From Proteromonas lacertae (lineage: Eukaryota): a DNA stretch of 60,875 nucleotides. The notes beneath the pieces were generated by a model that saw only the letters and a program-made list of their open reading frames with translations, did no database searches and was not told the DNA's origin. Of this stretch, positions 1 to 14,698 are shown piece by piece (positions within the stretch are counted from its first letter, which is position 1; each line of letters opens with the position of its first letter). A program made the translations under genes and the position numbers. The DNA lies in NCBI GenBank assembly GCA_002245135.1, contig NGBS01000310.1:62001-122875 (forward strand). The letters are read 5' to 3'.

Positions 1-744
1 GGAATAGACAATTGATGAATTGAAAAAGGAATTAGTAAAGAAAGAGAATGACTTAAAAAAAGTGAAAGAGTTGAAAGATAGAATGGTTGATAGTCTAAAG
101 AGGGTTAAAACTGTATTATAACGAAATTCTATTTGAGTAGGATATAGAAGGATATAAAAGTGAAATTGAATATTTGAAAAAAGAAAGTATAAAACAATAA
201 TACACTTATATTGATAGATGAGGATAAAGATAACAAGATTAAACTTCTATCATATTCTCAAGAAACAAAGAAACCTCAAAATTTACCAAAACAACATTCT
301 CTTTCTTTAGATGAAATGAAATCATATAATTTTCAAAAGCTGTATATATACAATATGAATATACCTATAAATAATAATAACATAGAATTCATGCTGCACA
401 GTATTTAGCATATCATAATAATCCAATCTCTGATTTAATGGAGTATATTTTTTCAGACACATTTTTTTATGATGATATTATTAGTTCAGTCTCACTTTAT
501 ATATCATCATCATCATCATCAGAAATATATTTACTAAATTCTATTCTACAGTCTATTCAACATGTTATATATAAGAAATGTGATAATTTAAATCCTATAC
601 CTGATTATTATTACACTATAATAAATGCAATAATTTCAATATTTAATTGTTATACAAATCTGAATCTGAATTTAATATTTTTCTTTGATTTATTTTCTGT
701 AGTGAATCATTTTGATTGTAAGTTGTTAGTTCAGTTTTGTAATG

Positions 745-775
<31 letters not shown>

Positions 776-1411
776 ATATGTAATTATAAATAGAAATGTT
801 CTGATATTTTCAATAATGAAACTGTTAAAGTAACATCAGCTGCAATAATCACAAATATACTCAATGAGGATGAAATAGATGTAAGAATATCAGCAGTATT
901 AAAAACAAAAGCAAAAATAAAGTTAGAATTAGTATATAACAGAATATCTTCTTTAATATCATCACAATTAAATTGTGTAAAAATCAATTGTGATTGTTTT
1001 ATCAACTTCTTATGTTTTGAATTATTATCAAAGTTTATGAAATGGGATCAATATCAGAAATCAGTGCAGCTCTTATGGTCATTATATCCACAAGCTAATA
1101 TTCATATTCAATGTTTAATAATTAATTATGTGAAAAGATTTATGGATAGTAGTTTGAGGTGTAATGAATTAAAAGATTTTGATGTTTTATTTAATAAGTT
1201 ATCAATGATGCTTCTTCCTAATGATCAGATTAATATAGGAACTATCACATGGTCAGTTCAAATTGGAATTGTAGAATATATGTTGAAATTGAAACAGAAT
1301 AATCGTATGTCTCAATCTATTACAAGTATATTAAAGCAATGGTATGCATCATTGAATGATTTAATGAAAAGTAGAATATCAAGAAAGATATTTGATGAAT
1401 TAGAAGAATAG
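1..1411 (+). CDS. Partial multi-exon hypothetical protein (coiled-coil N-part, helical C-part); 5' end outside window
   Basis: ORF pieces 211-408, 438-833 and 1037-1411 can be joined by short GT-AG introns; TAG at 1409-1411; no motif recognised. Confidence 0.5.
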
Positions 1412-1485
1412 ATTTTTATCTTTTTAAACTTTGTGGGGTATGTAAAAAGTGCAAAATTGCTTGGCTTGAAAGTCGTTTAGATTTT

Positions 1486-2496
1486 ATGAGGTATTTTTCT
1501 TATTATCTAATCCAAGTTTTTCTTTGAAAAAGCAAGAGAATGGCAAATTTGCCCCAATAAAAGGAATTTTACTTAAAAATGTAAATTCAATGGCTATTCC
1601 ACACACAGTTTCTGATTGCAAAAAAATGCAAACAACTCTTTATGACTGTGACATTATTTATGATTCAGGTACTATTTATTTGTAATTTATACAATAGATA
1701 AATTCGATGAAAACATTCTTTTTATATACCCACTATATTGTGAAGGTAATCATTTTAAATTTGTATATTTGTAACTATAATGCATTAAATAGCATCAAAT
1801 TGGAGCAACTTCTGGAAAATGGGTAAAAGATGCAGTTAATATGTTTCCTGGAACAAAAAGAAAGGTGATAATGGATGATAGCGATGATGATAGTAGTGAT
1901 AGCGATAAAGACAAGAAACCTGTTATAACAACTCCAGTATAATAATCTGATTTAATATTAATCCATAGGAAGCATATTATTTATCTCAACACTCAACTCA
2001 TACAGATATATCTGACTTACTACAAAAATATCCATTAGCTCCAGAGACAATACAAGCAATTAATGATAAATATGGATCAAATTATGTATTTATTGTAATA
2101 AGAGGTGAAAAATTGACTAAAGAGAATGTAACTCCACATTTATCATTCTGTGCAACACATACTTACCAATCAAATCGTTTGGTATATCCTACATACAGAT
2201 ATACTGAAGATGAGAGTGAAAATGCTAATTGTTTTTGGGATCATCGTATAATATCTGTAAATAGTGTAAGAAAAGCAGGAATGGGTGGTGGTGGCAAAAC
2301 ACCAGCTGAAATGTTGGATGATATGAAGAAAAGACATGCTTCTGGCTCTTTTGTAGATATAGTACCACAGTCTGTAACATGGGGAACATTTATTAAACAG
2401 ATTCCAATAAAAATGGAGGATTTCAAATGTGTTAGAATTCAGAGAATAGTAGCCACTCATCCTAACATTGATTATTATATTGATTTAATGGATTAA
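1486..2496 (+). CDS. Hypothetical protein, multi-exon
   Basis: ATG 1486, GT-AG introns of 26-32 nt, spliced frame MSFSLKKQENGKFAPIKG...WDHRIISVNS...IDLMD*. Confidence 0.6.
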
Positions 2497-2625
2497 TTAT
2501 TGAGGAGTATTTCTAGTTGTTAATATATTGTTTAAACAATGTTTTTTTAATTTTTAAAAATTCTTCTCAAGCTTGATGGTTTGAGTTGTAATTTATTCTT
2601 TTCGTTTTTTGTGAAGATTACTTGC

Positions 2626-5600
2626 ATGAGCGACGAAAAGACAGAAGATTATGATATAAGTGTACATTTACTTGATGAAGATGAGGAGAATATTCCAATT
2701 AAGAAGAAGAGTATTTGAATCGTTATTGTTCTATAGAGGATAGGATTCTAACAATAAACGAAAAAAATAAATGTCCAAGCAATAGAATTACTACATCAAA
2801 GTATATTTAGATCAATTCATTCTTATAGATATAATATAATCACGTTTTTACCAATATCATTGTTTGAACAGTTTAGAAAATTAGCAAATTTATATTTTCT
2901 AATAATATGTGTAGTTATGGTGTATGGTACTTATGTTCCAAAAGCATTTTTCAAAAGTCCATTGTCACCAGTCTCTACTTTAGGTCCCTTAATAATAGTA
3001 GTAGGAATAACGATGGTAAAAGAAGCATTAGAAGACATACAAAGACATAAATCAGATGATGAAGTAAATCATCGAAAAGTTCAAAAATTAAAGAATGGAG
3101 AAATAGAAACTATCAATTGGGAAGATGTGCGAGTAGGTGATACTTTAAAATTATATGAAAACGATGAGATTCCAGCAGATATTGTTTTACTGTCAAGTAC
3201 AGATAAAAATAAGTGTTATATAGAAACATCGAATGTAGATGGAGAAACGAATTTAAAGCTGAGAGAAGGTGTAAGAATAACAAAAGAAGAAATAAAAGAA
3301 GCAGAAAATGGATATTTAACTGGAATAATAAAGTGTGAACCTCCTAATGCGAATTTATATAGTTTTACTGGTGTATATACATCATCTCAAAAGGAATATC
3401 CATTATTCAATAAAAACTTATTAATTAGAGGATGTTATATTAGAAGAACTGAATCATTAATTGGTGCAGTAGTTTATACAGGAAAAGAAACAAAAGTAAT
3501 GAGTAAAATAACATTAACAAAATTAAAAGTTTCCACTGTAGATCGTAAAATTAACATGTATTTGTTAATTATTATATTTGTTCAAATGATATTATGTGTA
3601 TGTACAAGTCTTTATAAAGGAGTATGGGAAGATAATAATATAGATAAAGTGACTTATTTGGTTCTTACAAATGATGACATATTAGGTAAAACAAAGAGAT
3701 TTTTTGGTGATTTTATTGTCACTTTTATATTGTTAAGTAACTTTGTTCCAATTTCATTATATGTTACTATTGAAATGATTCATTATATATTGTCGAAATA
3801 TATAGAAAATGATTTGTATACTTATTCATTATATTTATTTCAATAATAGGGAGATGTGTGATGAAATAAAAAACCATCCACCTGCAATTGTTCGATCATC
3901 AAATCTGCATGAAGAATTAGGTCAAGTTGAATATATATTTAGTGATAAAACAGGAACATTGACAGAGAATGATATGATATTTAGAGTTGCGTCTATTAAT
4001 AATGAAATATATACAATGGATAGACAAAGTATAATAAATACAAATATCATTAATATTATATTTTCATAGCAATATTAGCAGCATCTAAGAATATAAATGA
4101 ATCGAAAAGAGATCATAAACAAAAGTATATTATATATAATATTCTGTTATTATTATGTTAATAGAGAATCAGTAGATGAATATTTCCGATGTATTACACT
4201 TTGTCATACTGGAGTAATAGAAAATTCACATGGAAAATTATTATATCAAAGCCAAAGTCCAGATGAAGTTGCTTTATTAAATGGAGCAGATCAGAATAAT
4301 TATAAATTTGAAGGTGATAACGATGAATATAGAACTATCAGTATAGATGGTAGAAATGAAAGATATGAAATATTAGCAGTGAATGAATTTAATAGTTATA
4401 GAAAGAGAATGTCTGTTATAGTAAAATCTGAATCTGGTAAAGTATAAATATATTATTATTATTATTATTTAATTAGTATATATTATATTGCAAAGGAGCA
4501 GATACAACTATATTTCCATTATCTATCAAATCATCTATTCCATCTAATTTAGAAAGTCATTTATATTCATTTGCTAGTGAAGGATATAGAACTTTGATAT
4601 TATCAAAAAGAGAATTAAGTAAAGAAGAATATGAAAATTGGATGGTCAAATATAATAAAGCAGTGTATATAATAATATACATTAGTAATAATAATAAATA
4701 GAACAAGCTTGAAGAATCGAGCCTCTTATTTAAACAAAGTAGCTGAAGATATAGAAACAAATTTAGAAGTGTTAGGAATAACAGGTATAGAAGATAAACT
4801 ACAAGATGGAGTACCTGAATCCTTAGAAACATTAAAAGAAGCTGGAATAAAACTATGGATCTTAACAGGTGATAAAATGGAAACAGCTATTAATATTGGT
4901 TATAGTTGTGGCTTATTATATAATGAAGGAAGAACAATTCAAATAAATAGTTGTGTAGAAGATGAAGTTCATAAACAGATAAGTAATTTATTTGATAAAT
5001 TATCAATGGAACATAAGAATGTGAAGAAAAATACAATATTTTATACAGGTGTGCCAAAAATGAGTACTAGAGAAATCAATAAAAACAATCAAAATCCACG
5101 TATATAAAACAACAATTATTATTATTATTATCATATTTATTATTATTTACATAGAAGATTATTATATAGTAATCTCAGGAAATTCACTTTTATTTGTCTT
5201 AAACTCAAAAGAATATATCAAAAAATTTCTATTTATATCTCAATTCTGTAGTGCGGTAATTGCTTGTCGTGTATCACCTGGTCAAAAAGCTGAACTTGTA
5301 GAAATAGTGAATAATTATATAAAACCATCTCCAGTTACATTGGCAATAGGAGATGGTGCAAATGATGTGAATATGATAAAAGCTGCTAAAATTGGAATTG
5401 GGTATATATATATATTATTATTATTATTTATTTTTAATAGTATTTGTGGTAAAGAAGGTACTCAAGCTGTAAATTCCTCTGATTATGCAATTTCTCAATT
5501 CCGATACTTAGTTAAATTACTACTTATTCATGGTCAATGGAATTATAATCGAGTTAGTACAGTAATATTATACAGTTTCTATAAGAATATAACATTAGCG

Positions 5601-6647
5601 ATAATCTTATGTATGTTTAACTGGAGTGCTGGATTTTCTGGAACTTCTTTATTTGAGAGTTTAGTTTATGCTGGTTATAACTTCTTTTTAGGAGTGACAG
5701 TGGTAGGAATTGGTATATTTGATCGATATGTAGATAATGAAGTGTTATTAGATTATCCTCAATTCTATGTATCAGGAAGATCGAATATATTTTTCAACTA
5801 TTTGAAAGTTATAAGCTATCTCGTAAGATCATGTATTGATAATAATTATTAATATAATGTATAAATAGTTTTACATGCAATAATAATCTATATAGTAGTA
5901 AGATATAGTCTTCAAACATCTACACCATATGATGAGTATTAATATATATATATTAATGTTTTCATATGTTACTATATTTATAGAGGATCATTAGGTTATT
6001 ATGGTACAATTGTCTATACAAATTTAATACTGATAATGAATTGGGAAGTATCATTTCTAACAAAGACTTGGACAATTATCAATGTAATACTATTAATATT
6101 ATCAGTTGGTGCTTATTTCCTATTCATCTATTGTTATTCGTTGATAATATCTAAAACTGACTTCTTTAGTGAAATTGGTAAATTATTATTTATAGCAAAT
6201 GGTCATGGATGGTTTGAAATCCTATTTTGTGGTATTTTAGTAATCTTAATTGATTATTTGTTAATTTATATAAAAGATAATTACTATCCATTACCTGTTG
6301 ATATCCTTAATAAATACAATGAATTAGTAAAATCAGTTGACAGTATGAATTATAATCAAGCTGATACAATTGGTACAAAATTGTCATGGGATTTTATAAT
6401 AACAGCTCCAATGGCAGTTGGTAAAACAGTTGCTCACGGAATAACAAGATTTATACCGAATGTATATTGATTATTGTATTTATTAAAATAGAAGCAAGTA
6501 AACAAAAATGAAGAAGAGGGTGAAGATAATAAAGAAGAAATAGAATCAAGTGGATCAAGATTAATAAAAGGTTTAAGTGGATATGCATTTAGTTATCCTG
6601 ATGATTTTGAAGATGAGCAAGATAGTTTGAGTGAAGAAGAATTTTAA
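2626..6647 (+). CDS. P4-type ATPase phospholipid flippase (DRS2/ATP8-like)
   Basis: Motifs [74 protein letters not shown] spread over about 12 exons. Confidence 0.95.
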
Positions 6648-6740
6648 AGTAATATGTATTATTTTATTATTATGGTTATGTTATTTAAGTAAATTTAATC
6701 CCCAAAATAACAAATTGAAGAAATTGACTGAGAATAGTGT

Positions 6741-7485
6741 TTAGAATAGTAATATAAATGCAATAATTACTACTAAAGATGGTAATATTCCTAATGCGCT
6801 ATTTTCTTTCTTCATTTTCTCAAACACTTCTTCATTAGAAGCTACTGTAAATTCCATATATTCATCAGAAGAAACAGATTTAGCAATGAAATATTTATTT
6901 TTATTATTTTTGTATGCAATAAAATCATGTCCATAAAGTAATTCATTGTATATTAGTATTGTATATTGGTATAATTCAGGACAGGTTGACTCAATTTCTT
7001 TGAATGTAGCAATATAAGGTAAGCTACATCCTAATCCTGTAGCTATATTTTTAAATTCACCTTTCATAACGATGAATGATAATTCTTTATCACATTCAAT
7101 TGCAGTAACTCGAGTATAAGTAGCTTGATTACTTCTTTCTATCTTAGCAACTACTTTAAAATGTTGAACCCCTTCATCATTATCATGTGCTTCTACTAAA
7201 CCAAAGTATTTATCTGTCAAGTATGCAGCAATATATGCATTATTAACAGGATTTTGTTTTTGAAGAAATAAACCTTGATTGTAAGAAAGAGGGTAAGTTT
7301 CATCCAAAATATCAACTGCTTTCGATCTTTTAAGGTTGCTTTTAAACATTGTCAATCCTTTTTTCGTTCTTTTTAATAATAACTCTGTCACATTCTTTTT
7401 TTCTCTCGCTTCACATAAGGCAATTGAAACTATATGTAAAATATAGTAATATAATACTCATCAAAACAATAAAGAATATTCTCAT
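6741..7485 (-). CDS. Secreted/GPI-like surface protein, family copy 1
   Basis: MRIFFIVLM|ISIALC signal peptide after a 28-nt phase-1 intron; hydrophobic C-terminus PSLVVIIAFILLF; homologous to 7931-8711 and 11779-12564. Confidence 0.75.
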
Positions 7486-7930
7486 AGTGAAATAACCAAA
7501 AAAATATCTTTTAATGAATAAATCAATAATTCGTTAATTCATTAAACCATCAAAATATGAATTTTAAACCAAGAAAAAAGCTTACACTTTATTTAGCCAC
7601 TTTTACCATCAAATAAGTGACAAAAATGGTTGTACATGAGTTTATTTAACAGTTCACATGCTTTTCAATGTAAGTACTAAAAGATTTCATGATCTCCCTT
7701 TACAATAGTGATACAATAAAAATTATCGTGAAAAATAGATGATACAATATTAAATACTGCCATTATAAGTATTTTATGCTTCAAGTTATGTTATGACGCA
7801 TAGTATTCCAATTCTATGCAAAATGAGTGTGATAATCAACCATGCTAATTAATTAACCATAATAATATATATTTTATGATGCTTTATTTCATATACACAA
7901 CATAGTGATGAAAATCAATCAGTAAAGTGT

Positions 7931-8711
7931 TTAAAAAAGTAATATCATAGTAATAATTACTACTATCGATGGATATAACAGTACACCTGAATTATCCCTA
8001 TTTAAGTCCTGTGATACTGCTTCATTTGACGAAGAACTTACTTTCAAGTTATCAGGATTATCAATTGATTTACCTAAGTAATATTTAGATTCATCTCCTT
8101 TAATACTTCCACAATTTGAATAAGCAGCAAAAGTTCCACCAAAATCTTTATTTTCATATTGACCAACTAATTTTGAACCAAAACCTTCACATGTTTTCTC
8201 TATTTCATTTAAATACACTGTTCCTGATATATCACATTTATTATCTTTGACAAAAGCTGCTATGTCTCCTTGAATAACAAAGAATGATAACTCAGTATCG
8301 TAATCTTTGGTTATAATCTCAGTGTAAATGTTATGATGTTTTCTTTCTATATTATAGACAACCTTGTATTTTTGTACTTTATCAACACCTCCAATCTTTT
8401 CTTTCTTAGAGTAAACGTATCCATATTTAGCGTCAGTCAAATATCGAGCCTCGTACACATAGTTATCTGGTTTATCACTTTTATACTGGTAATATAATCC
8501 TTGATCATTTGAAAGTGGACAAGTTTCGTCAACTATGATATTAGTTTTTAACCCTTTGCAATGATTACTCAGTGTTTCTGTATTTCTTTTTATGTTATTT
8601 ACCTCTACTTCAGTTATATTTTGAGTTAGTTTAACTTCACCCATTACAATTGAAACTATAATAAATATAAGTAATCATTATACTCATCAAGATAAGTATT
8701 AAGTGTCTCAT
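7931..8711 (-). CDS. Secreted/GPI-like surface protein, family copy 2
   Basis: MRHLILILM|ISIVMG with the same intron position; shared motifs DETCPLS, YLTD, IER, SSNE, PSIVVIITMILLF. Confidence 0.75.
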
Positions 8712-9103
8712 TATTTATAAAAATAGGTAACTATAAAATGCAAAAGATAGACCAATAATTTCGCATTTCATAAAACGCCAATATAACGTAGTGATTTGAC
8801 CTAATAATTTAGTTAGCTTTTTTTAAATGCCTATTTTCACACTGTTACGAATTGTATAGTTTCAGAATTATGTATAAAGCAAATAATATACATAATTATT
8901 AATTTTTGAAGCTACAAAAGTGAAGAAGAAGAAGTTTATCTTAATATACTATTACACTGGAAATTAGTATGGTTTGTGTTGAGAATAAATATTATAATAG
9001 CTTTTATTGTGTGTAGAATAAATATGGCGACTTGTTTTACAAATAACATAGAGATATGTTAAAATAAAACATACTATGAATTATTATAACATCTACATTA
9101 TAA

Positions 9104-11646
9104 TCACTCAATATTTATTGAAGTAATACTTCTAATATCTTCTGTTTCTATGTTAAATATTATACGAAAGTCAGTCTTTATGATTTTCATATATAAATCA
9201 TTCTTTAAAATTATTCTATCAATATCATTCTTAGATAGACTGCATTTTCTTAACAATGAAATAACACTTTCATATAGTTTGTTTAATATATCTTCGCATA
9301 TATGTTTAAAAATTGATAGACTTAAATCTGTATCAATTCCTTCCTCTTCAAGAAATTCACATTCAATCTTATATTCTATATTACTATCATCAAGAAATAA
9401 AATTACTTCTTCACAAGCATTTCTAAGTCTTAATAGTCTCTTTTGACTTACTCTTGACTGTCCAGTTACTTCTTCATACTTCTTTAAGTAATAATCAACT
9501 AATCTATCTGTAAACATATCACTTCCTATTTCCATTTCTTCAGAACTTATTATACTCATTGTTTTAGTTTTGTGATTCATTTTTACAATTGAGGATTGAA
9601 ATTGTAAGTTATTCAAATCACATATTAATAACTTTTCTGTTTCTTTTTTTATTTTAGTATTGTAATTACGATAAAAAGAACCACATATAGCTATTGGTGT
9701 TGGAATTAGTTTTTCAACTATCACATCAGCTTCTTTTGATGAAGCTATTATTTCTTGCTTTTGCCTGTCATTAAAATTAACAGGAATTGACATATTAACT
9801 TTCAATTTTTCTGAATCCTTCTCATAAATTGATTTATCAACATTTTTTTTAATATACTTCAATATCTCTATAAAAACATCTTTAGCTGATAAATGAATTA
9901 TTCTGTGATTAAATATTACTTCATATTTAGGAATTCCATTATCATTTATAATTTTTATTGGCGAATGATGAACTACATTTTGTACAATTGGATCAGCATA
10001 ATTTAATCCAACCATCTGCATTGGATATTTTATCAATTCACTAGATTTGGGCTTAGATTCTGCTATTTTCCCTACATTAATTTCATTCATACTTGCGTTA
10101 TAATATACATAATTTGGAACACAGTTTGAAATATCATCAAATACCACTTCTTCAATTCTATCATTCTTTATTATTGAAGATGATGAAGTAGAATTATTCA
10201 ATTCAATTCCTACTTTGATCTTATTAGATTTTGTAAGTTTATATACCACATCAGAATTATTGAAAGAATTTGGTTGTGGTTGTGGTGATGGTATAATAGG
10301 TGGAAAAGCATTAAAGGTTTTAACAGGAAAATCTTTATCTTTTATATCTTTTAGATATTCATTTATTTTATCTTTATTATCAATATTAGCAGATTTTAAC
10401 ATTTCTCTCAATATATCATCTCCTAACCAATAATTTACTAGCTCGATTATGAATGCTAAACAAGTTATAGATTTAAATATATACTATCATCTAAAAAATA
10501 GGATAAACATTCCATTATTAATAATTTTTCTTCTTTATTAGATTCATATTTCTTTATTAGCAGTCTAGTAATTTTTTGAACATCATCATCTTCAAGTATT
10601 AATTTATTCTTTTCTATTTTCAGTCTTTTTATTATTCTCAATATTGTGATGATTTCTATTAAATATTCACTTCCTTTTAAATAATTACTAATTTCAATAA
10701 ATATATTTTCACATGATAATATATTCACAATCTTCGTCTATTTTAAATGAAATAATAATAATTAATTATATACAAAACATATCTTTTACTGAATCAATAT
10801 CTCTGAAACCATTCAATATCATCTCGTCTAATAAATCATTTCTTGTATGAGGAATTCTGCCATATTTTCTTTTTATTTGATGTTGAATTTTACTTTTCTT
10901 CATTATATTCATATCAATTACATCTAAATCATTTTCATCCATTTCTTCTATTTTTATATCTTTCCAGTTTAAGTTTTTCATTACTTTATTGTATTGCTCA
11001 TCTTTATTTTCCATTCTTTCAATGTTTTCATGATAATGTTTCAAGATCTTCTCTAATAAATATTTCTCATTTGGAATTAATAAATTCTCAAGGGTTATTA
11101 TGAATTGTAGATTAATTAGATGTAAGCTTTGGAATATTGCATTGTCATCTAATATTGATATACATCTCAATCTCACATAATCACTAACTATCAATTTTAT
11201 ATCACCTAAATGATTGTCTGGCATTTCATTAATTAAATTCATCATATCAATCACAATTCTATTGTTAAGATGAGATAATATATATTTTCGACATTTATAC
11301 AGTAAATCTACTTCATTCAGACAAATACAACATATCAGCAATTCACACACATTTTCTTCATTTACATATATCACTCCATATCCATAGTAATTGCACAACA
11401 ACGAAAATGCTTTCTTTGTGATTATTTCTGGGAGTAGAACTTTATCTTCAATTTTATCATCATTTATTATTTTATTCAATCTTTCATTGGATATACATAA
11501 AAGTGAGGAAATACAAGGTAATTCTTCATTTTCGATCTTCAACACCACATCTTTGAACTTTATATTTAGCATTTTTGGATATAATCTATTCAAATAAATA
11601 ATAGTTAAATATACCCATCTCCTATACTCTTCTTAAACACTTTCAT
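9104..11646 (-). CDS. BTB-BACK protein fused to a degenerate Hsp70-like nucleotide-binding domain
   Basis: BTB-like KDVVLKIENEELPCISSLL...VNEENVCELL and BACK-like IPNEKYLLEKI; Hsp70-like IPVNFNDRQKQ, IPTPIAI, IGSDMFTDRLVDY, LRLRNACEE; ORFs joined by short GT-AG introns. Confidence 0.7.
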
Positions 11647-11778
11647 TTTTTAAATTTAGAAAACAAGCTTTTTCAAGCCAAAATATTTTCAAAAGAAAAT
11701 AAAGTGAAACATAGTGAAGAAATAATAACAAAATTAACTATAATAGTAAGATTAGAGTAAATTAACCAGTTATATAGT

Positions 11779-12564
11779 TTAAAACAGTATTAAGAAGGCA
11801 AATGTTACTATAAGTGAAGGATAAAGTATAACAGCACTGTTATCTTTTTTCATTTTTTCTAGCACCTCGTCATTTGAAGATGCAGTTGCTTCTCTTGCTG
11901 AATCAACATCATTTATTGAACTGCTCATATAATATTTTGTTGATAATTGCCTTCTTCTTCCACAGTTAGAAAAGGCTACAAATGAATTATTCCCAAATAA
12001 TAACTCATTGCATAGTTTTTCTGCCGTATTGTATAAATCTTTACATTCGTTCTTTAAATCTTTTAAATACATTATTCCAGATATATCGCATCCATGATTC
12101 TTTGCTTCTGCTTTAAAATCTCCATCAATATCCAAATAAGATTCTATTTCATCACATCCTTTGTTTGTAATTTGTGTGTATGCATCTTGTTGTGATCTTT
12201 CTATATTTGCGATTACTTTATATCTCTTTTCTGAAATATGTCCACTCAACCATCTTCCCTCTTATTAGACATTAAACCGAATTTTTTATCAGTCAAATAA
12301 GCACCTTCGTATTTATAATTATCATTCGATTTCACTTCATCTACATAGTACAATCCAAAATCTTCAGATATAGGGCATGTTTTATCGTTGTTATTAATTA
12401 TTCTCGATTTATAAACATTTCTTAACGACAGCAATGGTATTTTTATTGTTTCTTCATTCTTTTGAATCATGTTTAAGTTGTCTCTCACATCAGATAGAAC
12501 AAATGTGACTATATATTATAAAACTCAATAATGTACTTATTGCAATAAGAAGTAGTGGCCTCAT
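11779..12564 (-). CDS. Surface protein family copy 3, with a 1-nt frameshift near 12250 (pseudogene or assembly indel)
   Basis: MRPLLLIAI|ITFVLS with the same intron; ORFs 12246-12488 and 11779-12249 are colinear with copies 1 and 2 but in different frames. Confidence 0.7.
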
Positions 12565-12731
12565 TGACATGAAATAATTATTGAGAAAAATCAAACCTTT
12601 TATTTGGATTTACACTAAACCGTCAAAATACAGATTTTACCTACTTTGTTACTTTTATTTTCTATAAATAAAATCATGTCATAAACATGGTTTGAAATAA
12701 ACAATCATAGTCAGCTCAGTAGATTTAGTGA

Positions 12732-12915
12732 TTAAAATAGTAACATAATTGCAAATATCACCATTAATAAAGGAAATATCATTCTTCCTCCATCACCCAT
12801 ATCTTTCATAGTACTATCTAACACTTCTTCATTGGGAACTCCTCTTGCCTCAGCTATAGCGCTTGCATTTGTAGTATGATGTTAATAACTGTTTCGTTCT
12901 TCCACAATGAAAGAT
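12732..12915 (-). pseudogene. 3' remnant of a fourth surface-protein family copy
   Basis: CGRTKQLLTSYY (compare CGRRRQLSTKYY), then in another frame NEEVLDSTMKD...IFPLLMVIFAIMLLF*; no 5' part found. Confidence 0.65.
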
Positions 12916-13126
12916 GTATTTTTGCTTGAATGCATTTAATAACAAGTTTTTGAACAATAAAAATAGAAAGAAATGAAATCAAGCGATACTTGCTGTATAA
13001 TAGAACAAAATGTCATTTATGTAATACTGCTTATCATATATTAGCTATGTATTAATTATTATTTTTTGTACTACATCAAGTTCTTAATTAAACAAAAACA
13101 CATTAAAATCAAATTTATATATTAAT

Positions 13127-13640
13127 TTATGAATATATGTGAATATATCTATCAATATTATTTCTACATATTGGACATTTTCTCATATTTGTGGAAATAC
13201 ATTGAAGTTTACAACTTTTGCATAAGCCTAAATAATATACAACTAACAAATATAATACATAAATGACCACATGGTAATGGAGCATAAATGGCAGTTTCAT
13301 CTTCACATATAACACACATCTTTACCACATTATCGTTTATTTTTAAGTTTTCTTTATTATTTCTTCTTGAAGAATAGTATTCATCTATTCTGTCAGTACA
13401 TGATTGACACGATTCACTCAAATACCTTAAGATTCTTTCAACAAAATAAACTATAGCATGTATCATCTGCAAAAATGTATTGATAATATATAATGGATAT
13501 AACACAAAAGGACAAATGTTAACGACAAACCATGGAAGGAGATAATGAATAGAATAATATAAAATTACGATGGTAATAAGAATTGGCAAAAAATTATCAA
13601 ATGTGTATTTTATTATATCATAAATGAATAATACTGACAT
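13127..13640 (-). CDS. Membrane-anchored C3HC4 RING E3 ligase
   Basis: CVICED...PCGHL|CLCKSC...CPICR after removing one GT-AG intron; hydrophobic N-terminal half. Confidence 0.8.
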
Positions 13641-13786
13641 TAATTATCCTCAGGTTAATGAGAAAATGTAACAACTGATGATAATAAACTTGAGAGAATC
13701 AAGCTTATATTGTAAAATTTGTTTTTCTTTGTTTTACAGACTAATATAAGAATAAAATATATATCAATTATATTTAATAATCAAAT

Positions 13787-14698
13787 TCATTCTATATTAT
13801 CTTGTAAATATTCAAGGTGTTCTTTATACTTTTCAATTACATCTTTATATTTTTCTTTATCTTTTAATTCAACACTTTTTATTAACTCTTCTATCATAGA
13901 AATTAAATTAGGAGGTACTAATTCGTCTGTCGTATATTCATGAGTGATTTCATTCATTCTAATACTCGTTATAATACTATCAATTACTATAATTGATTTG
14001 TTTATATAATCATCAAACTATATTTGGATTATAGAGATAAAATACATTTTTGTTGTTTTTAATGGAAGTACAATAACACGTACCACAACTTGGAACTAAA
14101 TTCACTGTTGTTTGTGACTTTAACATCTTCGACATCCCTAAATACATTAATATTGGAAAACCAACAATAATAAATGGTAGAGCATATTCAATTTGATTAT
14201 TCGAATAGAAATAATAGAATATTGAAGTAACTATTGGTATTATTATACCAAGTATATAATAATCTATAAATAAATTAAACTAATAAGAAGAATTAAATAC
14301 ATTTTGATGATTTTGTATTTGTTTTCTTCATTTCTTTGAGATTATATTTCAAGAAATTGGAGAAATCTTCCACTGTTGTATTAATCTATTAGTATGCATA
14401 AATATTAATAAGCTATAATACTCCAACGCAGTACATTGGTCTTATTAACTCTAAATAGTCAACTAACAATTTCATATCATCTGAAAACTTTGGTAACATT
14501 TCAGGGTCGCTTTGATCAATCAAATGAGTTAAACATTGGCATGAATCTTGTAAAGCATCACATCTAATTGAATCACAGGATGTAATTAAGAATGTTAATT
14601 GATGAAATTCCACACATAGTTGATCAGGCTATTATTTTAATCTTCATAAAAAGTCATACAGACAATTGATCACTCTTTGAAAGTATTTCTTTAGTCAT
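13787..14698 (-). CDS. Hypothetical membrane protein, multi-exon
   Basis: Exons joinable by GT-AG introns; two hydrophobic segments; boundaries uncertain. Confidence 0.45.

Noticed and set aside
6299..6312. ATATCCTT U12-donor-like sequence in the P4-ATPase
   Set aside because: Lies in an uninterrupted coding frame (PVDILNKY) with no matching branch site and acceptor
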